From the NCBI RefSeq assembly GCF_006345805.1, contig NC_043014.1, forward strand, positions 5,766,001 through 5,830,000: 64,000 nt of DNA, in the 5' to 3' direction. Every line of letters starts with the position of its first letter. The stretch's first letter is position 1. The position numbers and the translations under genes were made by a program. This DNA comes from Octopus sinensis (taxonomy: Eukaryota). Positions 63,100 through 64,000 of this stretch are shown in pieces. The notes beneath the pieces were generated by a model. It made no database searches and was not told where the DNA came from. It was given only the letters and a program-made list of their open reading frames with translations.

Positions 63100-64000
63100 A
63101 AAATTGTTAGATATAATCTGCCTGTAAGATATAATCGGTGTCTCCTCTACAAAATTTCCTTTCTCCGATAGCATACACTTGGATATAGGCTTGAAACTCC
63201 ACTACGCAACTGTGGTGCCAACAATGTCTGCACAGGTGGGATTAGGATACTCTCAATCCCCAGCTTTCGGATTGTATTATGGAGTGAAACCTACTAGGTG
63301 AGAGAGTTCACCTCTTGAACTAAGGCTGAATATGAAAGACTACTGTGGCTGCTGTAAATATATGCAGCAAACAGCGGGTTCAAATACAAATCCTTCCTAA
63401 GCAAATTCACCTCAGCTTTAGATATATTTGGGGTAAAGTCATTTGTCCTGCAAGGAGACTTCAGTGCACACCTTGGCACTGATAACCTTGAGAAGGATTG
63501 ATTGGAAGGAATGTCGTCAGTGAACTTAATGGAGAGGTCATAGTAGCCTTCTGTGCAGGATACACACTCTCCTCTCTATGGTATAGATATTATTTTAAGA
63601 CAGGGATATTTATAAGGGTACCTGATATAGAAATACTTGGTGACAGAGGTTTTTGATAGATTTCGGTCATCTTTCACTCTTTGCTGAACGTTCGTGTAAA
63701 AGGAGGGGTGGAGTTGTCAACTCGTCACTACCTAAATGTCTAAAAACTTGAAAATTCCTACAGTCTGCCGAACACTGGAATTTGGTAAGTCCAGTGCAAC
63801 CTACAGACTACAGTTGGAAGCCCCAGTGGATGCTGGGATCAGAAACAAATATATGGAGACTTTTGCATCCAAATTGAGAGTGACCCTCCTGAATGAAGTT
63901 GGACATCGAAATGGATTCGTGATTGTATTATTTTTTCGGCAGGTTCTTCTTCGGTTGAACGCTTATTTGAGCTAAATTCACTTAAAAGTGACAAAGCTGC
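63100..64000 (+). mobile_element. Degenerate RTE LINE in intron 2 of copy D (runs off the window)
   Basis: Colinear with 16620-17520. Confidence 0.8.

Overview
Eukaryotic (no operons, no CRISPR), microsatellite- and retroelement-rich DNA. The SINE, Penelope and microsatellite content looks like an octopod cephalopod genome; this is inference from recognition, not a search result. The window holds an array of paralogous 4-exon genes. Each encodes an N-terminal signal-anchor (exon 1, 144 nt), a charged stalk (exon 2, 52 nt) and a 10-Cys domain of the spongin short-chain collagen NC1 / 'short-chain collagen C4-like' type (exon 3, 75 nt; exon 4, about 500 nt), with no Gly-X-Y collagen repeats. 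Copy C (minus, 55193-44711) is complete and intact (256 aa). Copy B (minus, 24173-13665) is complete but has one in-frame TAG in a column where C has TGG. Copy D (minus; exons 3-4 in the window) has a 1-nt deletion in exon 3. Copy A (plus) shows only its 3' end, A2 (plus) is an orphan exon 1, and relic E has its exon 1 replaced by a mariner. Bases 1-5.7 kb are an inverted duplicate of 54.0-59.4 kb. Introns and spacers contain three Penelope-like elements, several palindromic pseudo-LTR fragments with hammerhead ribozyme motifs, RTE and R4/Dong LINE relics, mariner and Tc1 relics, non-autonomous Helitrons, two tRNA-derived SINE families and long microsatellites. Most entries in the ORF track are microsatellite artefacts.
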